The translations under genes and the position numbers were made by a program. Below the pieces are notes generated by a model. The model ran no database searches. It was given only the letters and a program-made list of their open reading frames with translations, and was not told the DNA's origin. A stretch of 38,831 nt of DNA, taken from sequence record MZ375240.1; one strand, given 5' to 3'. The DNA comes from Escherichia phage T7. Numbering within the stretch: position 1 is the first letter of the stretch; every line of letters starts with the position of its first letter. Positions 29,678 to 38,831 of the stretch are shown one piece after another.

Positions 29678-32600
29678 ATGGATAAGTACGATAAGAACGT
29701 ACCAAGTGATTATGATGGTCTGTTCCAAAAGGCTGCTGATGCCAACGGGGTCTCTTATGACCTTTTACGTAAAGTCGCTTGGACAGAATCACGATTTGTG
29801 CCTACAGCAAAATCTAAGACTGGACCATTAGGCATGATGCAATTTACCAAGGCAACCGCTAAGGCCCTCGGTCTGCGAGTTACCGATGGTCCAGACGACG
29901 ACCGACTGAACCCTGAGTTAGCTATTAATGCTGCCGCTAAGCAACTTGCAGGTCTGGTAGGGAAGTTTGATGGCGATGAACTCAAAGCTGCCCTTGCGTA
30001 CAACCAAGGCGAGGGACGCTTGGGTAATCCACAACTTGAGGCGTACTCTAAGGGAGACTTCGCATCAATCTCTGAGGAGGGACGTAACTACATGCGTAAC
30101 CTTCTGGATGTTGCTAAGTCACCTATGGCTGGACAGTTGGAAACTTTTGGTGGCATAACCCCAAAGGGTAAAGGCATTCCGGCTGAGGTAGGATTGGCTG
30201 GAATTGGTCACAAGCAGAAAGTAACACAGGAACTTCCTGAGTCCACAAGTTTTGACGTTAAGGGTATCGAACAGGAGGCTACGGCGAAACCATTCGCCAA
30301 GGACTTTTGGGAGACCCACGGAGAAACACTTGACGAGTACAACAGTCGTTCAACCTTCTTCGGATTCAAAAATGCTGCCGAAGCTGAACTCTCCAACTCA
30401 GTCGCTGGGATGGCTTTCCGTGCTGGTCGTCTCGATAATGGTTTTGATGTGTTTAAAGACACCATTACGCCGACTCGCTGGAACTCTCACATCTGGACTC
30501 CAGAGGAGTTAGAGAAGATTCGAACAGAGGTTAAGAACCCTGCGTACATCAACGTTGTAACTGGTGGTTCCCCTGAGAACCTCGATGACCTCATTAAATT
30601 GGCTAACGAGAACTTTGAGAATGACTCCCGCGCTGCCGAGGCTGGCCTAGGTGCCAAACTGAGTGCTGGTATTATTGGTGCTGGTGTGGACCCGCTTAGC
30701 TATGTTCCTATGGTCGGTGTCACTGGTAAGGGCTTTAAGTTAATCAATAAGGCTCTTGTAGTTGGTGCCGAAAGTGCTGCTCTGAACGTTGCATCCGAAG
30801 GTCTCCGTACCTCCGTAGCTGGTGGTGACGCAGACTATGCGGGTGCTGCCTTAGGTGGCTTTGTGTTTGGCGCAGGCATGTCTGCAATCAGTGACGCTGT
30901 AGCTGCTGGACTGAAACGCAGTAAACCAGAAGCTGAGTTCGACAATGAGTTCATCGGTCCTATGATGCGATTGGAAGCCCGTGAGACAGCACGAAACGCC
31001 AACTCTGCGGACCTCTCTCGGATGAACACTGAGAACATGAAGTTTGAAGGTGAACATAATGGTGTCCCTTATGAGGACTTACCAACAGAGAGAGGTGCCG
31101 TGGTGTTACATGATGGCTCCGTTCTAAGTGCAAGCAACCCAATCAACCCTAAGACTCTAAAAGAGTTCTCCGAGGTTGACCCTGAGAAGGCTGCGCGAGG
31201 AATCAAACTGGCTGGGTTCACCGAGATTGGCTTGAAGACCTTGGGGTCTGACGATGCTGACATCCGTAGAGTGGCTATCGACCTCGTTCGCTCTCCTACT
31301 GGTATGCAGTCTGGTGCCTCAGGTAAGTTCGGTGCAACAGCTTCTGACATCCATGAGAGACTTCATGGTACTGACCAGCGTACTTATAATGACTTGTACA
31401 AAGCAATGTCTGACGCTATGAAAGACCCTGAGTTCTCTACTGGCGGCGCTAAGATGTCCCGTGAAGAAACTCGATACACTATCTACCGTAGAGCGGCACT
31501 AGCTATTGAGCGTCCAGAACTACAGAAGGCACTCACTCCGTCTGAGAGAATCGTTATGGACATCATTAAGCGTCACTTTGACACCAAGCGTGAACTTATG
31601 GAAAACCCAGCAATATTCGGTAACACAAAGGCTGTGAGTATCTTCCCTGAGAGTCGCCACAAAGGTACTTACGTTCCTCACGTATATGACCGTCATGCCA
31701 AGGCGCTGATGATTCAACGCTACGGTGCCGAAGGTTTGCAGGAAGGGATTGCCCGCTCATGGATGAACAGCTACGTCTCCAGACCTGAGGTCAAGGCCAG
31801 AGTCGATGAGATGCTTAAGGAATTACACGGGGTGAAGGAAGTAACACCAGAGATGGTAGAGAAGTACGCTATGGATAAGGCTTATGGTATCTCCCACTCA
31901 GACCAGTTCACCAACAGTTCCATAATAGAAGAGAACATTGAGGGCTTAGTAGGTATCGAGAATAACTCATTCCTTGAGGCACGTAACTTGTTTGATTCGG
32001 ACCTATCCATCACTATGCCAGACGGACAGCAATTCTCAGTGAATGACCTAAGGGACTTCGATATGTTCCGCATCATGCCAGCGTATGACCGCTGTGTCAA
32101 TAGTGACATCGCCATCATGGGGTCTACTGGTAAAACCACTAAGGAACTTAAGGATGAGATTTTGGCTCTCAAAGCGAAAGCTGAGGGAGACGGTAAGAAG
32201 ACTGGCGAGGTACATGCTTTAATGGATACCGTTAAGATTCTTACTGGTCGTGCTAGACGCAATCAGGACACTGTGTGGGAAACCTCACTGCGTGCCATCA
32301 ATGACCTAGGGTTCTTCGCTAAGAACGCCTACATGGGTGCTCAGAACATTACGGAGATTGCTGGGATGATTGTCACTGGTAACGTTCGTGCTCTAGGGCA
32401 TGGTATCCCAATTCTGCGTGATACACTCTACAAGTCTAAACCAGTTTCAGCTAAGGAACTCAAGGAACTCCATGCGTCTCTGTTCGGGAAGGAGGTGGAC
32501 CAGTTGATTCGGCCTAAACGTGCTGACATTGTGCAGCGCCTAAGGGAAGCAACTGATACCGGACCTGCCGTGGCGAACATCGTAGGGACCTTGAAGTATT

Positions 32601-33634
32601 CAACACAGGAACTGGCTGCTCGCTCTCCGTGGACTAAGCTACTGAACGGAACCACTAACTACCTTCTGGATGCTGCGCGTCAAGGTATGCTTGGGGATGT
32701 TATTAGTGCCACCCTAACAGGTAAGACTACCCGCTGGGAGAAAGAAGGCTTCCTTCGTGGTGCCTCCGTAACTCCTGAGCAGATGGCTGGCATCAAGTCT
32801 CTCATCAAGGAACATATGGTACGCGGTGAGGACGGGAAGTTTACCGTTAAGGACAAGCAAGCGTTCTCTATGGACCCACGGGCTATGGACTTATGGAGAC
32901 TGGCTGACAAGGTAGCTGATGAGGCAATGCTGCGTCCACATAAGGTGTCCTTACAGGATTCCCATGCGTTCGGAGCACTAGGTAAGATGGTTATGCAGTT
33001 TAAGTCTTTCACTATCAAGTCCCTTAACTCTAAGTTCCTGCGAACCTTCTATGATGGATACAAGAACAACCGAGCGATTGACGCTGCGCTGAGCATCATC
33101 ACCTCTATGGGTCTCGCTGGTGGTTTCTATGCTATGGCTGCACACGTCAAAGCATACGCTCTGCCTAAGGAGAAACGTAAGGAGTACTTGGAGCGTGCAC
33201 TGGACCCAACCATGATTGCCCACGCTGCGTTATCTCGTAGTTCTCAATTGGGTGTTCCTTTGGCTATGGTTGACCTAGTTGGTGGTGTTTTAGGGTTCGA
33301 GTCCTCCAAGATGGCTCGCTCTACGATTCTACCTAAGGACACCGTGAAGGAACGTGACCCAAACAAACCGTACACCTCTAGAGAGGTAATGGGCGCTATG
33401 GGTTCAAACCTTCTGGAACAGATGCCTTCGGCTGGCTTTGTGGCTAACGTAGGGGCTACCTTAATGAATGCTGCTGGCGTGGTCAACTCACCTAATAAAG
33501 CAACCGAGCAGGACTTCATGACTGGTCTTATGAACTCCACAAAAGAGTTAGTACCGAACGACCCATTGACTCAACAGCTTGTGTTGAAGATTTATGAGGC
33601 GAACGGTGTTAACTTGAGGGAGCGTAGGAAATAA
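29678..33634 (+). CDS. 16: Gene 16, internal core protein with N-terminal lytic transglycosylase domain
   Basis: ORF track 1318 aa; N-terminal transglycosylase-like segment ...TESRFVPTAKSKTGPLGMMQF... Confidence 0.97.
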   Translation: MDKYDKNVPSDYDGLFQKAADANGVSYDLLRKVAWTESRFVPTAKSKTGPLGMMQFTKATAKALGLRVTDGPDDDRLNPELAINAAAKQLAGLVGKFDGDELKAALAYNQGEGRLGNPQLEAYSKGDFASISEEGRNYMRNLLDVAKSPMAGQLETFGGITPKGKGIPAEVGLAGIGHKQKVTQELPESTSFDVKGIEQEATAKPFAKDFWETHGETLDEYNSRSTFFGFKNAAEAELSNSVAGMAFRAGRLDNGFDVFKDTITPTRWNSHIWTPEELEKIRTEVKNPAYINVVTGGSPENLDDLIKLANENFENDSRAAEAGLGAKLSAGIIGAGVDPLSYVPMVGVTGKGFKLINKALVVGAESAALNVASEGLRTSVAGGDADYAGAALGGFVFGAGMSAISDAVAAGLKRSKPEAEFDNEFIGPMMRLEARETARNANSADLSRMNTENMKFEGEHNGVPYEDLPTERGAVVLHDGSVLSASNPINPKTLKEFSEVDPEKAARGIKLAGFTEIGLKTLGSDDADIRRVAIDLVRSPTGMQSGASGKFGATASDIHERLHGTDQRTYNDLYKAMSDAMKDPEFSTGGAKMSREETRYTIYRRAALAIERPELQKALTPSERIVMDIIKRHFDTKRELMENPAIFGNTKAVSIFPESRHKGTYVPHVYDRHAKALMIQRYGAEGLQEGIARSWMNSYVSRPEVKARVDEMLKELHGVKEVTPEMVEKYAMDKAYGISHSDQFTNSSIIEENIEGLVGIENNSFLEARNLFDSDLSITMPDGQQFSVNDLRDFDMFRIMPAYDRCVNSDIAIMGSTGKTTKELKDEILALKAKAEGDGKKTGEVHALMDTVKILTGRARRNQDTVWETSLRAINDLGFFAKNAYMGAQNITEIAGMIVTGNVRALGHGIPILRDTLYKSKPVSAKELKELHASLFGKEVDQLIRPKRADIVQRLREATDTGPAVANIVGTLKYSTQELAARSPWTKLLNGTTNYLLDAARQGMLGDVISATLTGKTTRWEKEGFLRGASVTPEQMAGIKSLIKEHMVRGEDGKFTVKDKQAFSMDPRAMDLWRLADKVADEAMLRPHKVSLQDSHAFGALGKMVMQFKSFTIKSLNSKFLRTFYDGYKNNRAIDAALSIITSMGLAGGFYAMAAHVKAYALPKEKRKEYLERALDPTMIAHAALSRSSQLGVPLAMVDLVGGVLGFESSKMARSTILPKDTVKERDPNKPYTSREVMGAMGSNLLEQMPSAGFVANVGATLMNAAGVVNSPNKATEQDFMTGLMNSTKELVPNDPLTQQLVLKIYEANGVNLRERRK

Positions 33635-33654
33635 TACGACTCACTATAGGGAGA
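33632..33654 (+). promoter_or_regulatory. T7 promoter phi17
   Basis: TAATACGACTCACTATAGGGAGA, exact consensus. Confidence 0.95.
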
Positions 33655-33706
33655 GGCGAAATAATCTTCTCCCTGTAGTCTCTTAGATTTACTTTAAGGA
33701 GGTCAA

Positions 33707-35368
33707 ATGGCTAACGTAATTAAAACCGTTTTGACTTACCAGTTAGATGGCTCCAATCGTGATTTTAATATCCCGTTTGAGTATCTAGCCCGTAAGTTCG
33801 TAGTGGTAACTCTTATTGGTGTAGACCGAAAGGTCCTTACGATTAATACAGACTATCGCTTTGCTACACGTACTACTATCTCTCTGACAAAGGCTTGGGG
33901 TCCAGCCGATGGCTACACGACCATCGAGTTACGTCGAGTAACCTCCACTACCGACCGATTGGTTGACTTTACGGATGGTTCAATCCTCCGCGCGTATGAC
34001 CTTAACGTCGCTCAGATTCAAACGATGCACGTAGCGGAAGAGGCCCGTGACCTCACTACGGATACTATCGGTGTCAATAACGATGGTCACTTGGATGCTC
34101 GTGGTCGTCGAATTGTGAACCTAGCGAACGCCGTGGATGACCGCGATGCTGTTCCGTTTGGTCAACTAAAGACCATGAACCAGAACTCATGGCAAGCACG
34201 TAATGAAGCCTTACAGTTCCGTAATGAGGCTGAGACTTTCAGAAACCAAGCGGAGGGCTTTAAGAACGAGTCCAGTACCAACGCTACGAACACAAAGCAG
34301 TGGCGCGATGAGACCAAGGGTTTCCGAGACGAAGCCAAGCGGTTCGAGAATACGGCTGGTCAATACGCTACATCTGCTGGGAACTCTGCTTCCGCTGCGC
34401 ATCAATCTGAGGTAAACGCTGAGAACTCTGCCACAGCATCCGCTAACTCTGCTCATTTGGCAGAACAGCAAGCAGACCGTGCGGAACGTGAGGCAGACAA
34501 GCTGGAAAATTACAATGGATTGGCTGGTGCAATTGATAAGGTAGATGGAACCAATGTGTACTGGAAAGGAAATATTCACGCTAACGGGCGCCTTTACATG
34601 ACCACAAACGGTTTTGACTGTGGCCAGTATCAACAGTTCTTTGGTGGTGTCACTAATCGTTACTCTGTCATGGAGTGGGGAGATGAGAACGGATGGCTGA
34701 TGTATGTTCAACGTAGAGAGTGGACAACAGCGATAGGCGGTAACATCCAGTTAGTAGTAAACGGACAGATCATCACCCAAGGTGGAGCCATGACCGGTCA
34801 GCTAAAATTGCAGAATGGGCATGTTCTTCAATTAGAGTCCGCATCCGACAAGGCGCACTATATTCTATCTAAAGATGGTAACAGGAATAACTGGTACATT
34901 GGTAGAGGGTCAGATAACAACAATGACTGTACCTTCCACTCCTATGTACATGGTACGACCTTAACACTCAAGCAGGACTATGCAGTAGTTAACAAACACT
35001 TCCACGTAGGTCAGGCCGTTGTGGCCACTGATGGTAATATTCAAGGTACTAAGTGGGGAGGTAAATGGCTGGATGCTTACCTACGTGACAGCTTCGTTGC
35101 GAAGTCCAAGGCGTGGACTCAGGTGTGGTCTGGTAGTGCTGGCGGTGGGGTAAGTGTGACTGTTTCACAGGATCTCCGCTTCCGCAATATCTGGATTAAG
35201 TGTGCCAACAACTCTTGGAACTTCTTCCGTACTGGCCCCGATGGAATCTACTTCATAGCCTCTGATGGTGGATGGTTACGATTCCAAATACACTCCAACG
35301 GTCTCGGATTCAAGAATATTGCAGACAGTCGTTCAGTACCTAATGCAATCATGGTGGAGAACGAGTAA
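33707..35368 (+). CDS. 17: Gene 17, tail fibre protein (receptor binding)
   Basis: ORF track 553 aa. Confidence 0.97.
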   Translation: MANVIKTVLTYQLDGSNRDFNIPFEYLARKFVVVTLIGVDRKVLTINTDYRFATRTTISLTKAWGPADGYTTIELRRVTSTTDRLVDFTDGSILRAYDLNVAQIQTMHVAEEARDLTTDTIGVNNDGHLDARGRRIVNLANAVDDRDAVPFGQLKTMNQNSWQARNEALQFRNEAETFRNQAEGFKNESSTNATNTKQWRDETKGFRDEAKRFENTAGQYATSAGNSASAAHQSEVNAENSATASANSAHLAEQQADRAEREADKLENYNGLAGAIDKVDGTNVYWKGNIHANGRLYMTTNGFDCGQYQQFFGGVTNRYSVMEWGDENGWLMYVQRREWTTAIGGNIQLVVNGQIITQGGAMTGQLKLQNGHVLQLESASDKAHYILSKDGNRNNWYIGRGSDNNNDCTFHSYVHGTTLTLKQDYAVVNKHFHVGQAVVATDGNIQGTKWGGKWLDAYLRDSFVAKSKAWTQVWSGSAGGGVSVTVSQDLRFRNIWIKCANNSWNFFRTGPDGIYFIASDGGWLRFQIHSNGLGFKNIADSRSVPNAIMVENE

Positions 35369-35426
35369 TTGGTAAATCACAAGGAAAGACGTGTAGTCCA
35401 CGGATGGACTCTCAAGGAGGTACAAG

Positions 35427-35630
35427 GTGCTATCATTAGACTTTAACAACGAATTGATTAAGGCTGCTCCAATTGTTGGGACGGGTGTAGCAGATGTTAG
35501 TGCTCGACTGTTCTTTGGGTTAAGCCTTAACGAATGGTTCTACGTTGCTGCTATCGCCTACACAGTGGTTCAGATTGGTGCCAAGGTAGTCGATAAGATG
35601 ATTGACTGGAAGAAAGCCAATAAGGAGTGA
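35427..35630 (+). CDS. 17.5: Gene 17.5, class II holin
   Basis: ORF track 67 aa with a hydrophobic transmembrane segment and charged C-terminus. Confidence 0.9.
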   Translation: MLSLDFNNELIKAAPIVGTGVADVSARLFFGLSLNEWFYVAAIAYTVVQIGAKVVDKMIDWKKANKE

Positions 35631-35635
35631 TATGT

Positions 35636-35905
35636 ATGGAAAAGGATAAGAGCCTTATTACATTCTTAGAGATGTTGGACACTGCGATGGCTCAGCGTAT
35701 GCTTGCGGACCTTTCGGACCATGAGCGTCGCTCTCCGCAACTCTATAATGCTATTAACAAACTGTTAGACCGCCACAAGTTCCAGATTGGTAAGTTGCAG
35801 CCGGATGTTCACATCTTAGGTGGCCTTGCTGGTGCTCTTGAAGAGTACAAAGAGAAAGTCGGTGATAACGGTCTTACGGATGATGATATTTACACATTAC
35901 AGTGA
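35636..35905 (+). CDS. 18: Gene 18, terminase small subunit
   Basis: 89 aa from the ATG at 35636 (MEKDKSLITFLEM...) inside ORF-track entry 35627..35905. Confidence 0.9.
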   Translation: MEKDKSLITFLEMLDTAMAQRMLADLSDHERRSPQLYNAINKLLDRHKFQIGKLQPDVHILGGLAGALEEYKEKVGDNGLTDDDIYTLQ

Positions 35906-35945
35906 TATACTCAAGGCCACTACAGATAGTGGTCTTTATGGATGT
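35906..35945 (+). promoter_or_regulatory. RNase III site R18.5
   Basis: actcaaggccactacagatagtggtctttatggat hairpin motif. Confidence 0.7.
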
Positions 35946-35999
35946 CATTGTCTATACGAGATGCTCCTACGTGAAATCTGAAAGTTAACGGGAGGCATT

Positions 36000-36431
36000 A
36001 TGCTAGAATTTTTACGTAAGCTAATCCCTTGGGTTCTCGCTGGGATGCTATTCGGGTTAGGATGGCATCTAGGGTCAGACTCAATGGACGCTAAATGGAA
36101 ACAGGAGGTACACAATGAGTACGTTAAGAGAGTTGAGGCTGCGAAGAGCACTCAAAGAGCAATCGATGCGGTATCTGCTAAGTATCAAGAAGACCTTGCC
36201 GCGCTGGAAGGGAGCACTGATAGGATTATTTCTGATTTGCGTAGCGACAATAAGCGGTTGCGCGTCAGAGTCAAAACTACCGGAACCTCCGATGGTCAGT
36301 GTGGATTCGAGCCTGATGGTCGAGCCGAACTTGACGACCGAGATGCTAAACGTATTCTCGCAGTGACCCAGAAGGGTGACGCATGGATTCGTGCGTTACA
36401 GGATACTATTCGTGAACTGCAACGTAAGTAG
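36000..36431 (+). CDS. 18.5: Gene 18.5, spanin inner-membrane component (Rz-like)
   Basis: ORF track 143 aa with an N-terminal transmembrane segment. Confidence 0.9.
   Translation: MLEFLRKLIPWVLAGMLFGLGWHLGSDSMDAKWKQEVHNEYVKRVEAAKSTQRAIDAVSAKYQEDLAALEGSTDRIISDLRSDNKRLRVRVKTTGTSDGQCGFEPDGRAELDDRDAKRILAVTQKGDAWIRALQDTIRELQRK
36115..36366 (+). CDS. 18.7: Gene 18.7, outer-membrane lipoprotein spanin (Rz1-like) nested in 18.5
   Basis: ORF track 83 aa embedded in 18.5 in another frame; lipobox-like LICVATISGCAS and Pro-rich tail. Confidence 0.8.
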   Translation: MSTLRELRLRRALKEQSMRYLLSIKKTLPRWKGALIGLFLICVATISGCASESKLPEPPMVSVDSSLMVEPNLTTEMLNVFSQ

Positions 36432-36452
36432 GAAATCAAGTAAGGAGGCAAT

Positions 36453-38213
36453 GTGTCTACTCAATCCAATCGTAATGCGCTCGTAGTGGCGCAACTGAAA
36501 GGAGACTTCGTGGCGTTCCTATTCGTCTTATGGAAGGCGCTAAACCTACCGGTGCCCACTAAGTGTCAGATTGACATGGCTAAGGTGCTGGCGAATGGAG
36601 ACAACAAGAAGTTCATCTTACAGGCTTTCCGTGGTATCGGTAAGTCGTTCATCACATGTGCGTTCGTTGTGTGGTCCTTATGGAGAGACCCTCAGTTGAA
36701 GATACTTATCGTATCAGCCTCTAAGGAGCGTGCAGACGCTAACTCCATCTTTATTAAGAACATCATTGACCTGCTGCCATTCCTATCTGAGTTAAAGCCA
36801 AGACCCGGACAGCGTGACTCGGTAATCAGCTTTGATGTAGGCCCAGCCAATCCTGACCACTCTCCTAGTGTGAAATCAGTAGGTATCACTGGTCAGTTAA
36901 CTGGTAGCCGTGCTGACATTATCATTGCGGATGACGTTGAGATTCCGTCTAACAGCGCAACTATGGGTGCCCGTGAGAAGCTATGGACTCTGGTTCAGGA
37001 GTTCGCTGCGTTACTTAAACCGCTGCCTTCCTCTCGCGTTATCTACCTTGGTACACCTCAGACAGAGATGACTCTCTATAAGGAACTTGAGGATAACCGT
37101 GGGTACACAACCATTATCTGGCCTGCTCTGTACCCAAGGACACGTGAAGAGAACCTCTATTACTCACAGCGTCTTGCTCCTATGTTACGCGCTGAGTACG
37201 ATGAGAACCCTGAGGCACTTGCTGGGACTCCAACAGACCCAGTGCGCTTTGACCGTGATGACCTGCGCGAGCGTGAGTTGGAATACGGTAAGGCTGGCTT
37301 TACGCTACAGTTCATGCTTAACCCTAACCTTAGTGATGCCGAGAAGTACCCGCTGAGGCTTCGTGACGCTATCGTAGCGGCCTTAGACTTAGAGAAGGCC
37401 CCAATGCATTACCAGTGGCTTCCGAACCGTCAGAACATCATTGAGGACCTTCCTAACGTTGGCCTTAAGGGTGATGACCTGCATACGTACCACGATTGTT
37501 CCAACAACTCAGGTCAGTACCAACAGAAGATTCTGGTCATTGACCCTAGTGGTCGCGGTAAGGACGAAACAGGTTACGCTGTGCTGTACACACTGAACGG
37601 TTACATCTACCTTATGGAAGCTGGAGGTTTCCGTGATGGCTACTCCGATAAGACCCTTGAGTTACTCGCTAAGAAGGCAAAGCAATGGGGAGTCCAGACG
37701 GTTGTCTACGAGAGTAACTTCGGTGACGGTATGTTCGGTAAGGTATTCAGTCCTATCCTTCTTAAACACCACAACTGTGCGATGGAAGAGATTCGTGCCC
37801 GTGGTATGAAAGAGATGCGTATTTGCGATACCCTTGAGCCAGTCATGCAGACTCACCGCCTTGTAATTCGTGATGAGGTCATTAGGGCCGACTACCAGTC
37901 CGCTCGTGACGTAGACGGTAAGCATGACGTTAAGTACTCGTTGTTCTACCAGATGACCCGTATCACTCGTGAGAAAGGCGCTCTGGCTCATGATGACCGA
38001 TTGGATGCCCTTGCGTTAGGCATTGAGTATCTCCGTGAGTCCATGCAGTTGGATTCCGTTAAGGTCGAGGGTGAAGTACTTGCTGACTTCCTTGAGGAAC
38101 ACATGATGCGTCCTACGGTTGCTGCTACGCATATCATTGAGATGTCTGTGGGAGGAGTTGATGTGTACTCTGAGGACGATGAGGGTTACGGTACGTCTTT
38201 CATTGAGTGGTGA
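36453..38213 (+). CDS. 19: Gene 19, terminase large subunit (DNA maturase)
   Basis: ORF track 586 aa, GTG start after taaggaggcaat; Walker A-like GIGKSF. Confidence 0.96.
37099..37356 (+). CDS. 19.2: Gene 19.2, ORF nested in gene 19
   Basis: Position matches the reference ORF, lying inside ORF-track entry 37087..37356; no independent support. Confidence 0.25.
37636..37809 (+). CDS. 19.3: Gene 19.3, ORF nested in gene 19
   Basis: 57-codon ORF at the reference position; no independent support. Confidence 0.25.
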
Positions 38214-38294
38214 TTTATGCATTAGGACTGCATAGGGATGCACTATAGACCACGGATGGTCAGTTCTTTAAGTTACTGAAAAGACACGATAAAT

Positions 38295-38317
38295 TAATAC
38301 GACTCACTATAGGGAGA
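38295..38317 (+). promoter_or_regulatory. T7 promoter phiOR (right-end replication promoter)
   Basis: TAATACGACTCACTATAGGGAGA, exact consensus. Confidence 0.95.
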
Positions 38318-38471
38318 GGAGGGACGAAAGGTTACTATATAGATACTGAATGAATACTTATAGAGTGCATAAAGTATGCATAATGGTGTACCTAGAGTGA
38401 CCTCTAAGAATGGTGATTATATTGTATTAGTATCACCTTAACTTAAGGACCAACATAAAGGGAGGAGACTC

Positions 38472-38519
38472 ATGTTCCGCTTATTGTTGAACCTACTGCG
38501 GCATAGAGTCAAGTCCTAA
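38472..38519 (+). pseudogene. 19.5: Gene 19.5 truncated to 15 codons
   Basis: ATG at 38472 after agggaggagactc RBS; MFRLLLNLLRHRVKS then stop, whereas the gene encodes about 49 aa in reference T7. Confidence 0.7.
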
Positions 38520-38671
38520 GGTATACCCATAAAGAGCCTCTAATGGTCTATCCTAAGGTCTATACCTAAAGATAGGCCATCCTATCAGTGTCACCTAAAG
38601 AGGGTCTTAGAGAGGGCCTATGGAGTTCCTATAGGGTCCTTTAAAATATACCATAAAAATCTGAGTGACTA
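38520..38671. repeat. Right-end array of short CCTAAAG / CCTAAGG-type repeats (SRR)
   Basis: cctaagg and cctaaag motifs recur immediately left of the right terminal repeat. Confidence 0.75.
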
Positions 38672-38831
38672 TCTCACAGTGTACGGACCTAAAGTTCCCC
38701 CATAGGGGGTACCTAAAGCCCAGCCAATCACCTAAAGTCAACCTTCGGTTGACCTTGAGGGTTCCCTAAGGGTTGGGGATGACCCTTGGGTTTGTCTTTG
38801 GGTGTTACCTTGAGTGTCTCTCTGTGTCCCT
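38672..38831. repeat. Right 160-bp direct terminal repeat
   Basis: Identical to bases 1-160. Confidence 0.97.

Overview
The window is a complete T7-type podophage genome (Teseptimavirus, Autographiviridae), essentially coliphage T7 itself, running from one 160-bp direct terminal repeat (1-160) to the other (38672-38831). All genes are on the + strand in the canonical T7 order: class I early genes (ocr, 0.7 kinase, gene 1 RNA polymerase, ligase), class II DNA-metabolism genes (2.5 SSB, 3 endonuclease, 3.5 lysozyme, 4 primase-helicase, 5 DNA polymerase, 6 exonuclease) and class III virion, tail, internal-core and terminase genes (8-19). I located 17 phage-RNAP promoters, the three host promoters A1-A3, terminators TE and Tphi, a family of RNase III hairpins and the gene 10 frameshift. 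There is no tRNA, rRNA, CRISPR array, integrase or transposon, and I do not see a previously undescribed system. What is unusual is that the genome is 1,106 bp shorter than the 39,937-bp reference T7 as I remember it. Every gene has its reference length, and the offset to remembered reference coordinates steps 0, 563, 719, 917, 1106, which places four deletions: about 563 bp in genes 0.4-0.6, 156 bp removing gene 1.4, 198 bp removing gene 4.3 and 189 bp truncating gene 19.5. Two of them start exactly at the start codon, which looks designed. All reference comparisons are from memory without tools and need an alignment to confirm. Minus-strand ORFs in the track are treated as spurious.
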